Of a DNA stretch of 64,000 bases, positions 41,203-52,770 are shown piece by piece; position 1 is the first letter of the stretch, and the number at the start of each line of letters is the position of its first letter. The position numbers were made by a program, and so were the translations under genes. Source of the DNA: an uncultured delta proteobacterium (GTDB taxonomy: Bacteria; Myxococcota_A; UBA9160; UBA4427); the NCBI GenBank assembly GCA_963822965.1, contig CAWGJT010000005.1:1888001-1952000 (forward strand). Direction: 5' to 3'. The notes beneath the pieces are model-generated. The model worked only from the letters and a program-made list of their open reading frames with translations, was not told the origin of the DNA and ran no database searches.

Positions 41203-42221
41203 CGGTCTCCTCCTCTCCCGGCTTCCGGCCCGGCTCTCTCGGGGCTGCCTTCGCGCTCGCGCAGCCACGAGAGGAACGCCGCCAGGTCCGCGGGCAGGGG
41301 CGCCTCGAAGCGCAGGCGCTCGCCGCGGCTGGGGTGCACGAATCCCAGCACCGCGGCGTGCAGGGCGGGACGCGCCGGCACCGGTCCCGGCGTCGCGGCG
41401 CCTCGACCGTACACGGGATCGCCGACGATCGGGAAGCCCAGGGACGAGAGGTGCACGCGGATCTGGTGGGTGCGCCCGGTCTCCGGACGCAGCTCGAGCC
41501 GGCTCACGCCGCTGCGGGGAAAGCGTTCGACGACCCGCCAGTCGGTGATCGCCCGGCGGCCCGAGGTCGTGCGCACCGACATGCGCTTGCGGTCGGTCGG
41601 GTGCCGTCCGATGGGCCGATCGACGCGGCCGCGGTCCTCCCCGGGCAGCGCCCGCACGAAGGCGTGGTAGACCCGCTCGATCGTGTGGTCGTGGAACTCG
41701 GCGGCCAGCGCGGCGTGGGCGGCGTCGTTCTTCGCCACGACCATCACGCCGGAGGTTCCCTTGTCCAGCCGGTGCACGATGCCGGGCCGCAGGGCACCGC
41801 CGATGGTCGCCAGGCCCCGGCTCGGGTCCCGGCAGTGATGCAGCAGCGCGTTCACGAGCGTTCCCGTGTGATGTCCGGGCGCGGGGTGGACCACCATGCC
41901 CGCCGCCTTGTCGATGACGATCAGGTCCCGGTCCTCGTGCAGGATCGCGAGGGGGATGTCCTCGGCGACCACCTCCGAGGCCACGGCGGGGGGAGGCGTC
42001 ACCTCGAGCAGCATGCCCGCCACGACGCGCTCGGCCCGGCGCGGGACGTCGCCGTCGGCGAGCACCCGGCCGGCGTCGATCCAGCGCTGCACCTGGGACC
42101 TCGATCCGGCGCCGAGCTTCGCGAGGGCCGCGTCGAGCCGCAGGCCCGCTTCGTCGTCCGTCACCTCGAAGACGAGGGTCTGCTCGCCGTCTTCCTCACC
42201 GCCGACCGAGGATCCGGCCAC
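41199..42221 (-). CDS. rluD: RluD-like 23S rRNA pseudouridine synthase
   Basis: S4-like N-terminus, VHRLDKGTSG, TGRTHQIRVH. Confidence 0.9.
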   Translation of the reverse strand: MAGSSVGGEEDGEQTLVFEVTDDEAGLRLDAALAKLGAGSRSQVQRWIDAGRVLADGDVPRRAERVVAGMLLEVTPPPAVASEVVAEDIPLAILHEDRDLIVIDKAAGMVVHPAPGHHTGTLVNALLHHCRDPSRGLATIGGALRPGIVHRLDKGTSGVMVVAKNDAAHAALAAEFHDHTIERVYHAFVRALPGEDRGRVDRPIGRHPTDRKRMSVRTTSGRRAITDWRVVERFPRSGVSRLELRPETGRTHQIRVHLSSLGFPIVGDPVYGRGAATPGPVPARPALHAAVLGFVHPSRGERLRFEAPLPADLAAFLSWLREREGSPERAGPEAGRGGDR

Positions 42222-42855
42222 GGCCCTTCTCCGTGCAGGCCTGCTCGTACCGGACCATGTAGCTGTCGGCGACCCGCTTGCCGTCGAGCCCGATGGCGCG
42301 CGCGTACGCGCTCACGAAGCCACGCACGTAGACGGCCGGGGGCAGGCAGTCGAAGGCCTCTTCCTCGAGGGCCTTCAGGTACGTGAGGGTCACCTTCGTC
42401 ACCCCGGCGACCTCGTCGAGCTCGATGCCCCGGTTCATGCGGGAGCGTCGCAGGCGCGATCCGTCGTAGTCCACGTCGGAGCCGTCCGCCGACCCCTCGA
42501 CCATGCCCTCGAGCGCGCTGTCGAGGGAGATCTCCATGTCGTCGTAGTCTTCGAAGGCGGCGCCGTCGGCGACCTGGCCCGGCGCTGCTTCCGGGGATTC
42601 GGCTTCGGGAAGCGACTCGAAGGTGACGCGATCGTAGGCGCGGCGGGCCCCCTCGTCCGAGAGCACGCGATACGCGTCGAGCACCCGCTCCCGGATCGCC
42701 GAGGCCTCCGATTCCTCGAAGAGGGAGTAGAGCGCGAGCGATCCCGACGCCCAGGTGGACGTCGCCAGCCGGTAGGCGCGCTCGATCTCCTCGGGACGGG
42801 CGCCGGGCGGTACCTCGAGCACCTCGTAGTGGTTCTGCGCGTCCAGCCCCTTCAA
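42196..42855 (-). CDS. J-like domain + RodZ-type HTH protein
   Basis: NHYEVLEV...AYRVLSD...RRAYD; LRRSRMNRGI...VYVRGFVSAYAR. Confidence 0.8.
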   Translation of the reverse strand: MKGLDAQNHYEVLEVPPGARPEEIERAYRLATSTWASGSLALYSLFEESEASAIRERVLDAYRVLSDEGARRAYDRVTFESLPEAESPEAAPGQVADGAAFEDYDDMEISLDSALEGMVEGSADGSDVDYDGSRLRRSRMNRGIELDEVAGVTKVTLTYLKALEEEAFDCLPPAVYVRGFVSAYARAIGLDGKRVADSYMVRYEQACTEKGRGRILGRR

Positions 42856-43862
42856 CCGCCACCCCCGACGATCTTCCGCGCGATGCGCTGCAGATAGATG
42901 GCGGCGTCCGAGCCGGCGTCGGTCTCGACGACCGGACGCCGGGCGGCCACGCTCCGCCGCACCGCCTCATCGTGGTTCACGTAGCCCAGATACTCCGCCT
43001 CGATGCCGAAGTACTTGCGGCACACCGAGCAGACCGCGAAGCCGAGCTTCACGTCCTCCGCCGTGCGCACGCCGTTGACCACGATGCGCGGACGGAACGA
43101 GCGCATCGTCTCGACGAAGCGAGCGCCCTCGTCGGGGTCGGTGGACTCGATCTCGCGCAGCAGGTCGATCGGGTTCCGGATGCCGCGTTCGTTGCGCTGG
43201 TCCATCGCCTCCGTGACGAGCCTGCGCACCCCGTGACCGACCATGGCGAGACGCATGCGGCGGTAGAAGGCCGCACGCAGGAACGAGTACGCGTTCTCCA
43301 CCGAGGTGGGCTCCGGCTGCAGGACGATCAGACCCTCGCCGCCCACCAGGAAGTAGTCGAGCACCGAGGAGTGGGTGCCGGCCCCGAGGTCGGCGACCAC
43401 GAAGTCCGCGTCGAGCCTGCGCAGCGCGCGCATGAGGCGCACCCGGCGCAGATGGTTCGGCTGGGCGTCGCCGAGGTGGGCGTGGGTTCCGGCGATCAGC
43501 TGCAGCCCCGGCGCGCCCGTCTCGACGAGCAGCTTGCCGAGGTCGTCCTCCCGCTGGGCGACGAAGTCGGCGAGGCTCTTCGGCGGCGTGGGCACCCCGA
43601 GGCTGGTGTGGAGGTTCGCGCCCTCGAGATCGCAGTCCACCGCGACCACGCGCTTGCCCATGCGCGAGAGCGCCACCGCGAGGTTCGCGGCCACGAAGGT
43701 CTTGCCGACTCCGCCCTTGCCCCCGCCGATCGAGATCACCCGCGCTTCGTGCACGGAGGCCTCGGCGATGGGCCCGGAGGCCGGCGGATTGGATCCCGTG
43801 ATCGTGTTTCCCGATTGTGCCGAAATGGCTCCCCCCCTTCGCCACCCGAACGGACCCCGCAC
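42852..43862 (-). CDS. MinD/FlhG-like P-loop ATPase (start may be ~43754)
   Basis: GGGKGGVGKT deviant Walker A, DCDLEGANL, PEPTSVENAY. Confidence 0.88.
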   Translation of the reverse strand: MRGPFGWRRGGAISAQSGNTITGSNPPASGPIAEASVHEARVISIGGGKGGVGKTFVAANLAVALSRMGKRVVAVDCDLEGANLHTSLGVPTPPKSLADFVAQREDDLGKLLVETGAPGLQLIAGTHAHLGDAQPNHLRRVRLMRALRRLDADFVVADLGAGTHSSVLDYFLVGGEGLIVLQPEPTSVENAYSFLRAAFYRRMRLAMVGHGVRRLVTEAMDQRNERGIRNPIDLLREIESTDPDEGARFVETMRSFRPRIVVNGVRTAEDVKLGFAVCSVCRKYFGIEAEYLGYVNHDEAVRRSVAARRPVVETDAGSDAAIYLQRIARKIVGGGG

Positions 43863-43917
43863 GACGCCACGCCGACGAGGCCACCCGCAAGACGCCTCGC
43901 ACGGCGCACGAGCCAGT

Positions 43918-44532
43918 CTACATCGCCAGCTCCCGATCTCGTCGGCGTCCGAGATCCACGGAGGCAGGCTCGTCGATGGCGAGGTACGGACGCCATTCGT
44001 GGTGACGCATGCTGGCGGCGGGCAGGCTCATGAGCGGGGTCCAACGCGGGCGCTTCGGCTTCGCGCGCAGGCGCAGGCCGGCCTGCTCCGGCGTCCGCCC
44101 GCCCTTCATGCGATTGCAGGACACGCAGCAGCAGACGACGTTCTCCCAGGTCGTGCGTCCCTTCTGGGTGCGCGGAACGACGTGGTCGAGGTTGAGCTGC
44201 GCGCGCGGCGGGCGCTCTCCGCAGTACTGACAGGTGAAGCCGTCACGGGAGAAGATGTTGCTGCGCGAGAAGCGGACCATGCGCTTGGGAATCCGGTCGT
44301 AGAGCATCAGGACGATCACACGCGGTATTGGCACCGGACCCGAGGTGGTGCCGATGCACTCGAGCCCCGGGGCTCCCACCTGGGCTCGCCAGCTGTCGAA
44401 GTCGAAGGTCTCGTAGCGGTCGTTCACGATCCGGGCACCGCCCTGGTAGACGAGGGAAAAAGAGCGCTTGACCGACGTGACGTGAATCGGCAGGAAGGAT
44501 CGATTCAGGACCAGAACGCTGGAGTTCAACAT
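43918..44532 (-). CDS. HNH endonuclease
   Basis: VLVLN, RDGFTCQYCG, DHVVPR, WENVVCCCVSCNRMKG. Confidence 0.92.
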   Translation of the reverse strand: MLNSSVLVLNRSFLPIHVTSVKRSFSLVYQGGARIVNDRYETFDFDSWRAQVGAPGLECIGTTSGPVPIPRVIVLMLYDRIPKRMVRFSRSNIFSRDGFTCQYCGERPPRAQLNLDHVVPRTQKGRTTWENVVCCCVSCNRMKGGRTPEQAGLRLRAKPKRPRWTPLMSLPAASMRHHEWRPYLAIDEPASVDLGRRRDRELAM

Positions 44533-44547
44533 CTTCGAGCGGCTGCG

Positions 44548-44576
44548 AAGTTACACAACGAAATCAAGGGGTTCAA
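44548..44576 (-). promoter_or_regulatory. Putative sigma70 promoter of the HNH gene (overlaps selA stop)
   Basis: TTGAAC-N17-TAACTT. Confidence 0.5.
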
Positions 44577-46036
44577 CGCGCCGGGCGGGGCGCCGGCCCG
44601 ATCCCTTCGGCCACCGCCGCTTCGATCCTCGCGGCGTCGCCGTCGTCGAGGGTGCGCGCGTCGAACAGCACCGCGTCGTCGCGCACGCGGGTGAGCACCG
44701 GGGTCGCGGCGGACCGCAGGGCCGCCGCCGTCCGCGCCGCTCCGGCCGTCGGGCGCAGCACCACCACCCAGGTCTCGAGCTCGAAGCCCGGCAGCGAGCC
44801 GCCACCCACGGGCGCCCGGTCCGGCTCGACGTCCACCCGGGCTTCGTCCTTGCAGAGCTCCTTCAAGCGCCCCGCCAGGGCCCGGGCCCGGGCCTCCAGC
44901 ACCTCCACGGGCTCGAGCAGCGCGCGCAGCACGGGAACCTCGCGCTCCGCTCGCCCCTCCAGGTGGGCGGTGAGGGTCCAGTCGAGGGCCGCGAGGCTCA
45001 TCTTGTCGAGGCGGAGGGCACGCGCCAGGGGATTGTGGCGCATCGCGTCGACGGCCTTGCGGGTGCCGAGGAGGATGCCGGCCTGGGGCCCGCCGAGCAG
45101 CTTGTCGCCCGAGAAGCAGACCACGTCCACGCCGGTGGCGACCCGTGACGGCGCATGGGACTCGGGCGGAAGGCCACGCGCCGTGAGGTCGAGGAGCGTT
45201 CCGCTCCCCAGGTCCTCCATCACGGGCAGCTCGTGACGCCGACCCAACGCCACCAGGTCCGGGAGCCCCACCTCCGTCACGAATCCCGATTGGCTGAAGT
45301 TGCTGCGGTGCACCTTCAGCAGCAGGGCCGTGTCCGGACCGATGGCGCCCTCGTAGTCCCCCAGGTGGGTGCGGTTGGTGGTTCCCACCTCGACGAGCCG
45401 CACGCCGGCTCGCTCCATGATGTCGGGCACCCGGAAGGAGCCTCCGATCTCCACCAGCTCGCCCCGGGAGACGATCACCTCTCGGCCCCGCGCCAGGCTG
45501 TCCAGCGCGAGCATCACCGCGGCCGCGTTGTTGTTGCACGCGTAGGCGGCCTCGGCCCCGGAGAGCTCCACGAGCTTGGCCTCGAGCGGACCCAGCCGGC
45601 TGCCCCGACGCCCCGTCTCGAGGTCGAGCTCGAGGCTCGAGTAGCCGGCGGCGGTCTCCCGCACGGCCTCGGCGGCGCCGGCGGCCAGGGGGGCGCGGCC
45701 CAGGTTCGTGTGCAGGACCACGCCGGTCGCGTTCACCACCGCGCGGGGATGCCGGCGGCAGAGCTGCTCGGCCAGGTGGGCGGTGCGCGCCTCCCAGTCC
45801 GAGTCGGAAGCGGGAGCCGGCTCCGGTCCTGGACCAACCCGGGGGGAGGCCGCCGGCGCGCCCTCCAGCCTGCGGGTCAGCTCGTCGCGGGCCTCCGCAA
45901 CCACCCGGCGAGCGGCCTCGGTGACCGCCCAGCCCGGCAGCTCGGGCCGGCTGTGGGACAGTGACCCAGCCAGCCTGGACACGGAAGGAAGTGCCCGCCG
46001 GGGGTCCGGGTTGACGTTGCTCCGGGAATCCACCAT
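44573..46036 (-). CDS. selA: L-seryl-tRNA(Sec) selenium transferase
   Basis: NATGVVLHTNLGRA, SRGELVEIGGSFR, EVGTTNRT, FSGDKLLGGPQAG. Confidence 0.95.
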   Translation of the reverse strand: MVDSRSNVNPDPRRALPSVSRLAGSLSHSRPELPGWAVTEAARRVVAEARDELTRRLEGAPAASPRVGPGPEPAPASDSDWEARTAHLAEQLCRRHPRAVVNATGVVLHTNLGRAPLAAGAAEAVRETAAGYSSLELDLETGRRGSRLGPLEAKLVELSGAEAAYACNNNAAAVMLALDSLARGREVIVSRGELVEIGGSFRVPDIMERAGVRLVEVGTTNRTHLGDYEGAIGPDTALLLKVHRSNFSQSGFVTEVGLPDLVALGRRHELPVMEDLGSGTLLDLTARGLPPESHAPSRVATGVDVVCFSGDKLLGGPQAGILLGTRKAVDAMRHNPLARALRLDKMSLAALDWTLTAHLEGRAEREVPVLRALLEPVEVLEARARALAGRLKELCKDEARVDVEPDRAPVGGGSLPGFELETWVVVLRPTAGAARTAAALRSAATPVLTRVRDDAVLFDARTLDDGDAARIEAAVAEGIGPAPRPAR

Positions 46037-46597
46037 CGTCCCGTGAGTTTAAGGCGGTCTGGCTGGGTCGCCTCCCGAGGTGGAAATCCCTCACTGGATC
46101 GAGTCGCTACGACGCTCCAGGGAAGGGCTTTTCCGAGTCGAGTCGGTAGTCGGGATGGTCGGAGAGATGGACGGCGGCGGGGTGCTGCTGGGGCTCTTCG
46201 AGTCGCGACGTAGAGCCAGACCGTGAAGTCGGTTCGAGCCATTCGAGTCAAACTGAGTCGCCTTGCAGGTCGAATGAGTCGGCTTGCAGGTCTCTTCCTG
46301 AAATCTCTTGGACGAGATGGGTTTTCCTGTGCGAGTCGCGTTCGAGGTTTCGGAGCTGCACGTCGGGCTTCGAGAACGAGAAAGAGTCTCCGTCCTGCCG
46401 CTGCGACACTTCGCAGCGGATTCCCGTTGATCACCCCGCCACCGCCGCGCGAAACCGCGGCGGACGACCCTTCCTGATACCCGACACGGCTCGCCAGCGC
46501 CGGAGGCGCCGGAACGAGATCGAGGCACGTGCCCCGGGGCCACACCGGCCCGGGCCTGGGTGTCCTTCTCCGCCCTGACCTCTGCAGCAGGTCGTCG

Positions 46598-48691
46598 ATG
46601 CAGAACGAGATCATCATCAATGCGGAGCGCGGGGAGACCCGCGTCGCCGTGCTGGAACGCTCCGTCTTCACGGAGCTGCACATCGAGCGGGCCCAGGAGA
46701 AGAGCGTCGTCGGGTCGGTCGTGAAGGGTCGCGTCAGCCGGGTCCTTCCGGGCATGCAGGCCGCCTTCGTGGACATCGGACTCGACAAGGCCGCCTTCCT
46801 CTACGCGGGCGACTACTTTGCGAACGGGTTCACAGAAGAGACCGGCGAGGAAGGCGCCGTTCCCACCAAGCCCCCGAATCGCAGTCGCCGGGGCTCGCGC
46901 CAGCCTCCCCGCATCGACACGCTGCTCAAGGAAGACCAGGAGATCGTGGTCCAGATCGCCAAGCAGCCCATCGGCACCAAGGGCGCCCGCATCATCTCCC
47001 ACATCTCGATCCCGGGCCGGCACCTGGTGCTGACGCCCTGGAGCCGGCGAGTGGGCGTGTCTCGTCGCATCGAGTCCGACAAGGAGCGGAAGCGGCTGCG
47101 CGAGATCGTGGAGCGTCTCCGCCCCCAGGACCTGGGCTTCATCATCCGAACGGCGGGAGAAGGCATTCGCGAGGCCGATCTCGAGGCCGACATCCGGTAC
47201 CTGTCGTCGGTGTGGGAGAACATCCAGACCCGCAACGGCCGCTCCCACGCCCCGGCGGTGCTGCACTCCGAGCCCGACCTGGCGCTGCGCATGATCCGCG
47301 ACCACGCCAACGCCGAGACCAAGCGCATCGTGGTGGACGACCCGGCGTGCCACCAGATGATCCACTCCTTCGTGGATCGCTACGTGGCTGACCCACGTCC
47401 CCGCATCGAGCACTACACGGGCCGGGAGCCCGTCTTCGAGGCCTTCAGCCTCGAGAGCCAGATCCACGCGAACCTCGGCCGGAAGGTGTTCCTGAAGTCC
47501 GGCGGCTCGCTCGTCTTCGACCAGAGCGAGGCGCTCACGGCGATCGACGTCAACACCGGCCGCTACGTGGGCAAGCGCGACCTCGAGGAGACGGTCTTCA
47601 AGACGAACCTCGAGGCCGTCAAGGAGGTGGTCTACCAGATCCGCTTCCGCAACATCGGCGGCCTGATCATCATCGACCTCATCGACATGGAGTCGGCCGA
47701 TCACCGGGACAAGGTGTACCGGGCGCTGCGCGAGGCGCTGCGGGCCGACAAGGCGCGCACCAACATCCTGAAGATCTCCGAGCTCGGCCTCGTGGAGATG
47801 ACCCGCAAGCGCACCCGCGAGAACCTCGTCCAGACCCTGTGCGAGCCCTGCGCGTACTGCGAGGGCAAGGGCTACGTGCTCTCCAGCCAGAGCGTGGCCT
47901 ACCGGGTGATGCGGGAGATCCGCAGCGACCTGCCCCGCTTCTGCGGCCGGCGCGTGGCGCTCACCGTGGCTCCGTCGGTGGCCGAGGAGCTGCTGCGGGG
48001 CGGGGCGTCCCTGCTGGGCGAGCTGGGCGAGGAGGCCGGCCGGGAGATCGAGGTGCGGGCGCGGCCCGGCATGCACCAGGAGCAGTTCGAGGTGATCGCC
48101 CTCGACGAGGGCCCCCCGGTGGAGGTGTCCCTGCGCTGGCTCGACGGCAGCGCCGAGGCGGCCGACGAGGAGGAAGGTGCCAGCGCGGGCGAAGAGGAGG
48201 GCGACGGCCAGCGGGGCGGTCGCTCCCGCCGGCGCAAGCGCGGCGGTCGCAAGCGCGGCGGCGCCGGAGGCGGCGCGGACCTCGAGGGCGAGACCGAGAC
48301 GACGGCCGCCCCGGAGGGCGACTCCGACCGGGAGGACGCCTCGCCCTCGGTGGAGGCGGCGGCGGCCGCCGGCTCGCTGCCCGCGGCCCTGCTGGCGGCT
48401 CCGGAAGCGGTTGACGCGCAAGAGGAATCGCGGATACTCCCGCCCTCTCTGGAAGGGCGCCTGGAAGCGCGGTCCGAGGGCCTCCTGCCCGCCGCACCCC
48501 AGGATCCCGACGCCGTGGACGCCGGGAAGGACGTCTCGAGCGACTCCCGGGCCGCAGCGGAAGCGGCGGAGGCCACGGAGAAGGACGAGGTCCCGGTCGC
48601 CGACGAAGACTCCGCGGGCGTGGACACCTCGCACCCAGTCTCGCAGCAGGAAGCCACGACCCTGCCGCACGAAGAAGAGAGGGATCGTTGA
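46598..48691 (+). CDS. rne: Rne/Rng family ribonuclease with acidic disordered C-terminal tail
   Basis: RVLPGMQAAFVDIG, AIDVNTG, IIIDLIDM, CAYCEGKG; E vs G assignment uncertain. Confidence 0.9.
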   Translation: MQNEIIINAERGETRVAVLERSVFTELHIERAQEKSVVGSVVKGRVSRVLPGMQAAFVDIGLDKAAFLYAGDYFANGFTEETGEEGAVPTKPPNRSRRGSRQPPRIDTLLKEDQEIVVQIAKQPIGTKGARIISHISIPGRHLVLTPWSRRVGVSRRIESDKERKRLREIVERLRPQDLGFIIRTAGEGIREADLEADIRYLSSVWENIQTRNGRSHAPAVLHSEPDLALRMIRDHANAETKRIVVDDPACHQMIHSFVDRYVADPRPRIEHYTGREPVFEAFSLESQIHANLGRKVFLKSGGSLVFDQSEALTAIDVNTGRYVGKRDLEETVFKTNLEAVKEVVYQIRFRNIGGLIIIDLIDMESADHRDKVYRALREALRADKARTNILKISELGLVEMTRKRTRENLVQTLCEPCAYCEGKGYVLSSQSVAYRVMREIRSDLPRFCGRRVALTVAPSVAEELLRGGASLLGELGEEAGREIEVRARPGMHQEQFEVIALDEGPPVEVSLRWLDGSAEAADEEEGASAGEEEGDGQRGGRSRRRKRGGRKRGGAGGGADLEGETETTAAPEGDSDREDASPSVEAAAAAGSLPAALLAAPEAVDAQEESRILPPSLEGRLEARSEGLLPAAPQDPDAVDAGKDVSSDSRAAAEAAEATEKDEVPVADEDSAGVDTSHPVSQQEATTLPHEEERDR
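48411..48438 (+). promoter_or_regulatory. Possible internal promoter for rplU-rpmA
   Basis: TTGACG-N16-GATACT inside the rne tail. Confidence 0.35.
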
Positions 48692-49002
48692 TGTACGCGG
48701 TGGTGCGCACGGGCGGCAAGCAGGTCCGGATGCAGCCGGGCGAATCGGTGCGGGTCGAGAAGCTCGCCGGCGGCGTCGGCGACACGATCGAGCTCGCCGA
48801 CGTCCTGCTCGTCGGAGGCGAGGATTCCCTCAAGGTCGGTACGCCGGTCGTCGCAGGAGCCAAGGTGGTGGGAACCATCACCGCCCAGGGCCGCGGTCCG
48901 AAGATCACGGTCTTCAAGATGAAGCGGCGGAAGGGCTACCACCGCAAGCAGGGACACCGCCAGGACTACACCGAGATCCTGGTCGACCGCATCGAGGACT
49001 GA
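48691..49002 (+). CDS. rplU: 50S ribosomal protein L21
   Basis: [15 protein letters not shown]. Confidence 0.97.
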   Translation: MYAVVRTGGKQVRMQPGESVRVEKLAGGVGDTIELADVLLVGGEDSLKVGTPVVAGAKVVGTITAQGRGPKITVFKMKRRKGYHRKQGHRQDYTEILVDRIED

Positions 49003-49012
49003 GGGCAAAGCG

Positions 49013-50460
<1,448 letters not shown>

Positions 50461-50464
<4 letters not shown>

Positions 50465-51633
50465 GACCCCGCATCGAGAACACGGGAGATCCGGAGCTCG
50501 CCGCGAAGATCCTGAAGGACGCGCAGCGGATCGTCGTGAAGGTGGGCTCGAGCACCCTGACCCGAAGCGGCGAGCTACGGCCCCGCAAGTTCACCGATCT
50601 CGCGGTGCAGATCGCGAAGCTCGTCGAGCAGGGACGGCAGGTGGTGCTCGTCTCCTCCGGCGCGATCGCCGTCGGCACCCGCCGGCTCGACTGGACCAAG
50701 CCGGGACGATCGATCCCCGCCATGCAGGCGGCCGCGGCCGTCGGACAGATCGGCCTCGTCGAGCTCTACCAGCGCCGCTTCGGCCGACTGGGAATCCAGG
50801 TCGCCCAGATCCTGCTCACCCGCGCCGGGCTCGAGGATCGCGAGCGCTTCCTCAACGCGCGCCACACGATCCACGAGCTGCTGCGGCTCGGCGTCGTGCC
50901 CATCGTGAACGAGAACGACACGGTGGCCACCGAGGAAATCCGCTTCGGCGACAACGACAACCTGTCGGCGCAGATCGTGAACGTCGTCGGCGCCGACCTG
51001 CTGGTGATCCTCACCGACGTGGATGGTCTGCACGTCGAGCGGCCGGTGGCCGGCCGGCCGAAGCCCCCGCTCTACGGGGTGATCGAAGCGATCACCACCG
51101 AGATCGAGGGCGCCGCCATGGGATCCGCGAGCGCCTTCGGACGCGGCGGCATGATCACGAAGCTCGAGGCAGCCCGATCGGCGGCGCGATCCGGCGCGGC
51201 GACGGTGCTGTGCAACGGCGGCCCGCGCGACGTGCTGCTCCGCCTGGCGGCCGGCGAGCTCGTCGGAACCCTGGTCCTGCCCGGTCCGCGGCTCGCGAGC
51301 AAGAAGCACTGGCTCGCCTACACGTCGCGCACACGGGGCGAGCTCCTGATCGACGACGGCGCGGCGAAGGCGCTGGCGGTGCGGGGCCGCAGCCTGCTGC
51401 CCGCCGGCATCGTGGCGGTGCGCGGCCGCTTCCGCATCGGTGACGCGGTCTCCTGCCTCGACCCGGCCGGACGGGAGCTGGCGCGGGGCCTGACCGCCTA
51501 CGCGTCCGACGAGATCGATCGCATCAAGGGGCTGGCGACCGGCAAGATCTCCACGGTGCTGGGCTACTCGAACGGCGACGAGGTGATCCACCGCGACGAC
51601 CTGGTCGTGCTGGATGGGCCCGACCGTGGCTGA
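50461..51633 (+). CDS. proB: Glutamate 5-kinase with PUA domain
   Basis: VVKVGSS, SSGAIA, NENDTV, FGDND, GGMITK. Confidence 0.96.
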
Positions 51634-52327
51634 AGCCCGGGGACCGGACGTCGGGATCTACGGGGGAACCTTCAACCCCGTCCACCTGGGACACCTGCGC
51701 GCCGCCGAAGAGGTGACGGAGCAGCTCGGCCTCGCGCGCATGGTCTTCGTGCCCAGCGCGCGACCGCCCCACAAGCAGGCGGACGAGAACGACCCCATCG
51801 CCCCGGCCGACCAGCGGCTGGCCTGGCTGGAGGCCGCGGTCGCCGACAATCCCCACTTCGAGGTCGACCGGATCGAGGTCGAGCGGGCGGGGCCCAGCTA
51901 CCTGGTGGACACCCTGCGAGCCCTGGTGCAGAAGCTGGCCCCCGCCCGGCCGGTCTTCACCCTGGGGTGCGACGCCTTCCGCGAGATGGAGACCTGGCGC
52001 GAGCCCGCAACCCTCCTCACCCTGGCGAGCTTCGCGGTCACCACCCGTCCGCCCCGGCAGCAGGGAGCCCTGGCCGAGTGGTTCCCGGCGGGGCTCCGGG
52101 CCGACTTCGAGCTGGCTCCAGACGGCCTCTCGGCCCGCCACAAGCAGGTGGGCACCTGGGTCCGCGGGGTCGAGATCACGGCCCTCGACATTTCTGCGTC
52201 ATCCATTCGCCGCCGGATTCGCGAGGGGGCTTCCGTTCGCTACCTCTTGCCGGAGGCGATCCACGACGCGGTCGTCTCGAGCGGGTGCTACGCGGCGCGC
52301 GCCGCCACGAAACGGAGGGCCCCCTGA
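51614..52327 (+). CDS. nadD: Nicotinate-nucleotide adenylyltransferase (start may be 51626)
   Basis: GGTFNPVHLGH, PPHK, ISASSIR. Confidence 0.95.
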   Translation: MGPTVAEARGPDVGIYGGTFNPVHLGHLRAAEEVTEQLGLARMVFVPSARPPHKQADENDPIAPADQRLAWLEAAVADNPHFEVDRIEVERAGPSYLVDTLRALVQKLAPARPVFTLGCDAFREMETWREPATLLTLASFAVTTRPPRQQGALAEWFPAGLRADFELAPDGLSARHKQVGTWVRGVEITALDISASSIRRRIREGASVRYLLPEAIHDAVVSSGCYAARAATKRRAP

Positions 52328-52770
52328 GCCAGTCGAAACCGCAACGCGCTGATCTTGCCAAGGCCGCCCACGTCCTCGAGGCGGCCCTCGAACGGAACGC
52401 CCAGCTGCCGGTGGTGCTGGACGTCCACCAGGTGACCTCCTTCGCGGACGTGTTCGTGCTGCTCTCGGGCCGCTCGGATCGGCAGGTCCGCGCCATCGCC
52501 GAGGCGATCGTCGAGCGCCTGCGCCGGGAGGGCGACGAGCCGCTCGGCATCGAGGGCATGGAGGAGGGGCGCTGGGTGCTCATCGATTGCAACGACGTGA
52601 TCGTCCACGTCTTCGAGCCGGAGATGCGCGACCTCTACGCGCTCGAGCGGCTCTGGAGCGACGCGGAGAGCGTCGATCTGCTGGAGCTCGGCCTGCCCGC
52701 CGAAGCCCTCGAGGCGGCCGGCACCGACGCAAGCGGCGCGCGCGCGGTCGGTGAGGAGACCCGACGGTGA
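52324..52770 (+). CDS. rsfS: Ribosome silencing factor, probable CTG start
   Basis: SGRSDRQVRAIA, WVLIDCNDVIVHVF, YALERLW. Confidence 0.92.
   Translation: MSQSKPQRADLAKAAHVLEAALERNAQLPVVLDVHQVTSFADVFVLLSGRSDRQVRAIAEAIVERLRREGDEPLGIEGMEEGRWVLIDCNDVIVHVFEPEMRDLYALERLWSDAESVDLLELGLPAEALEAAGTDASGARAVGEETRR

Noticed and set aside
43918..44532. HNH as a mobile homing or defence element
   Set aside because: No intron, methylase or mobility context; resembles the common standalone HNH family
44573..46036. Local selenoprotein or tRNA-Sec cluster
   Set aside because: No selB/selC/selD and no convincing in-frame UGA gene seen in the window
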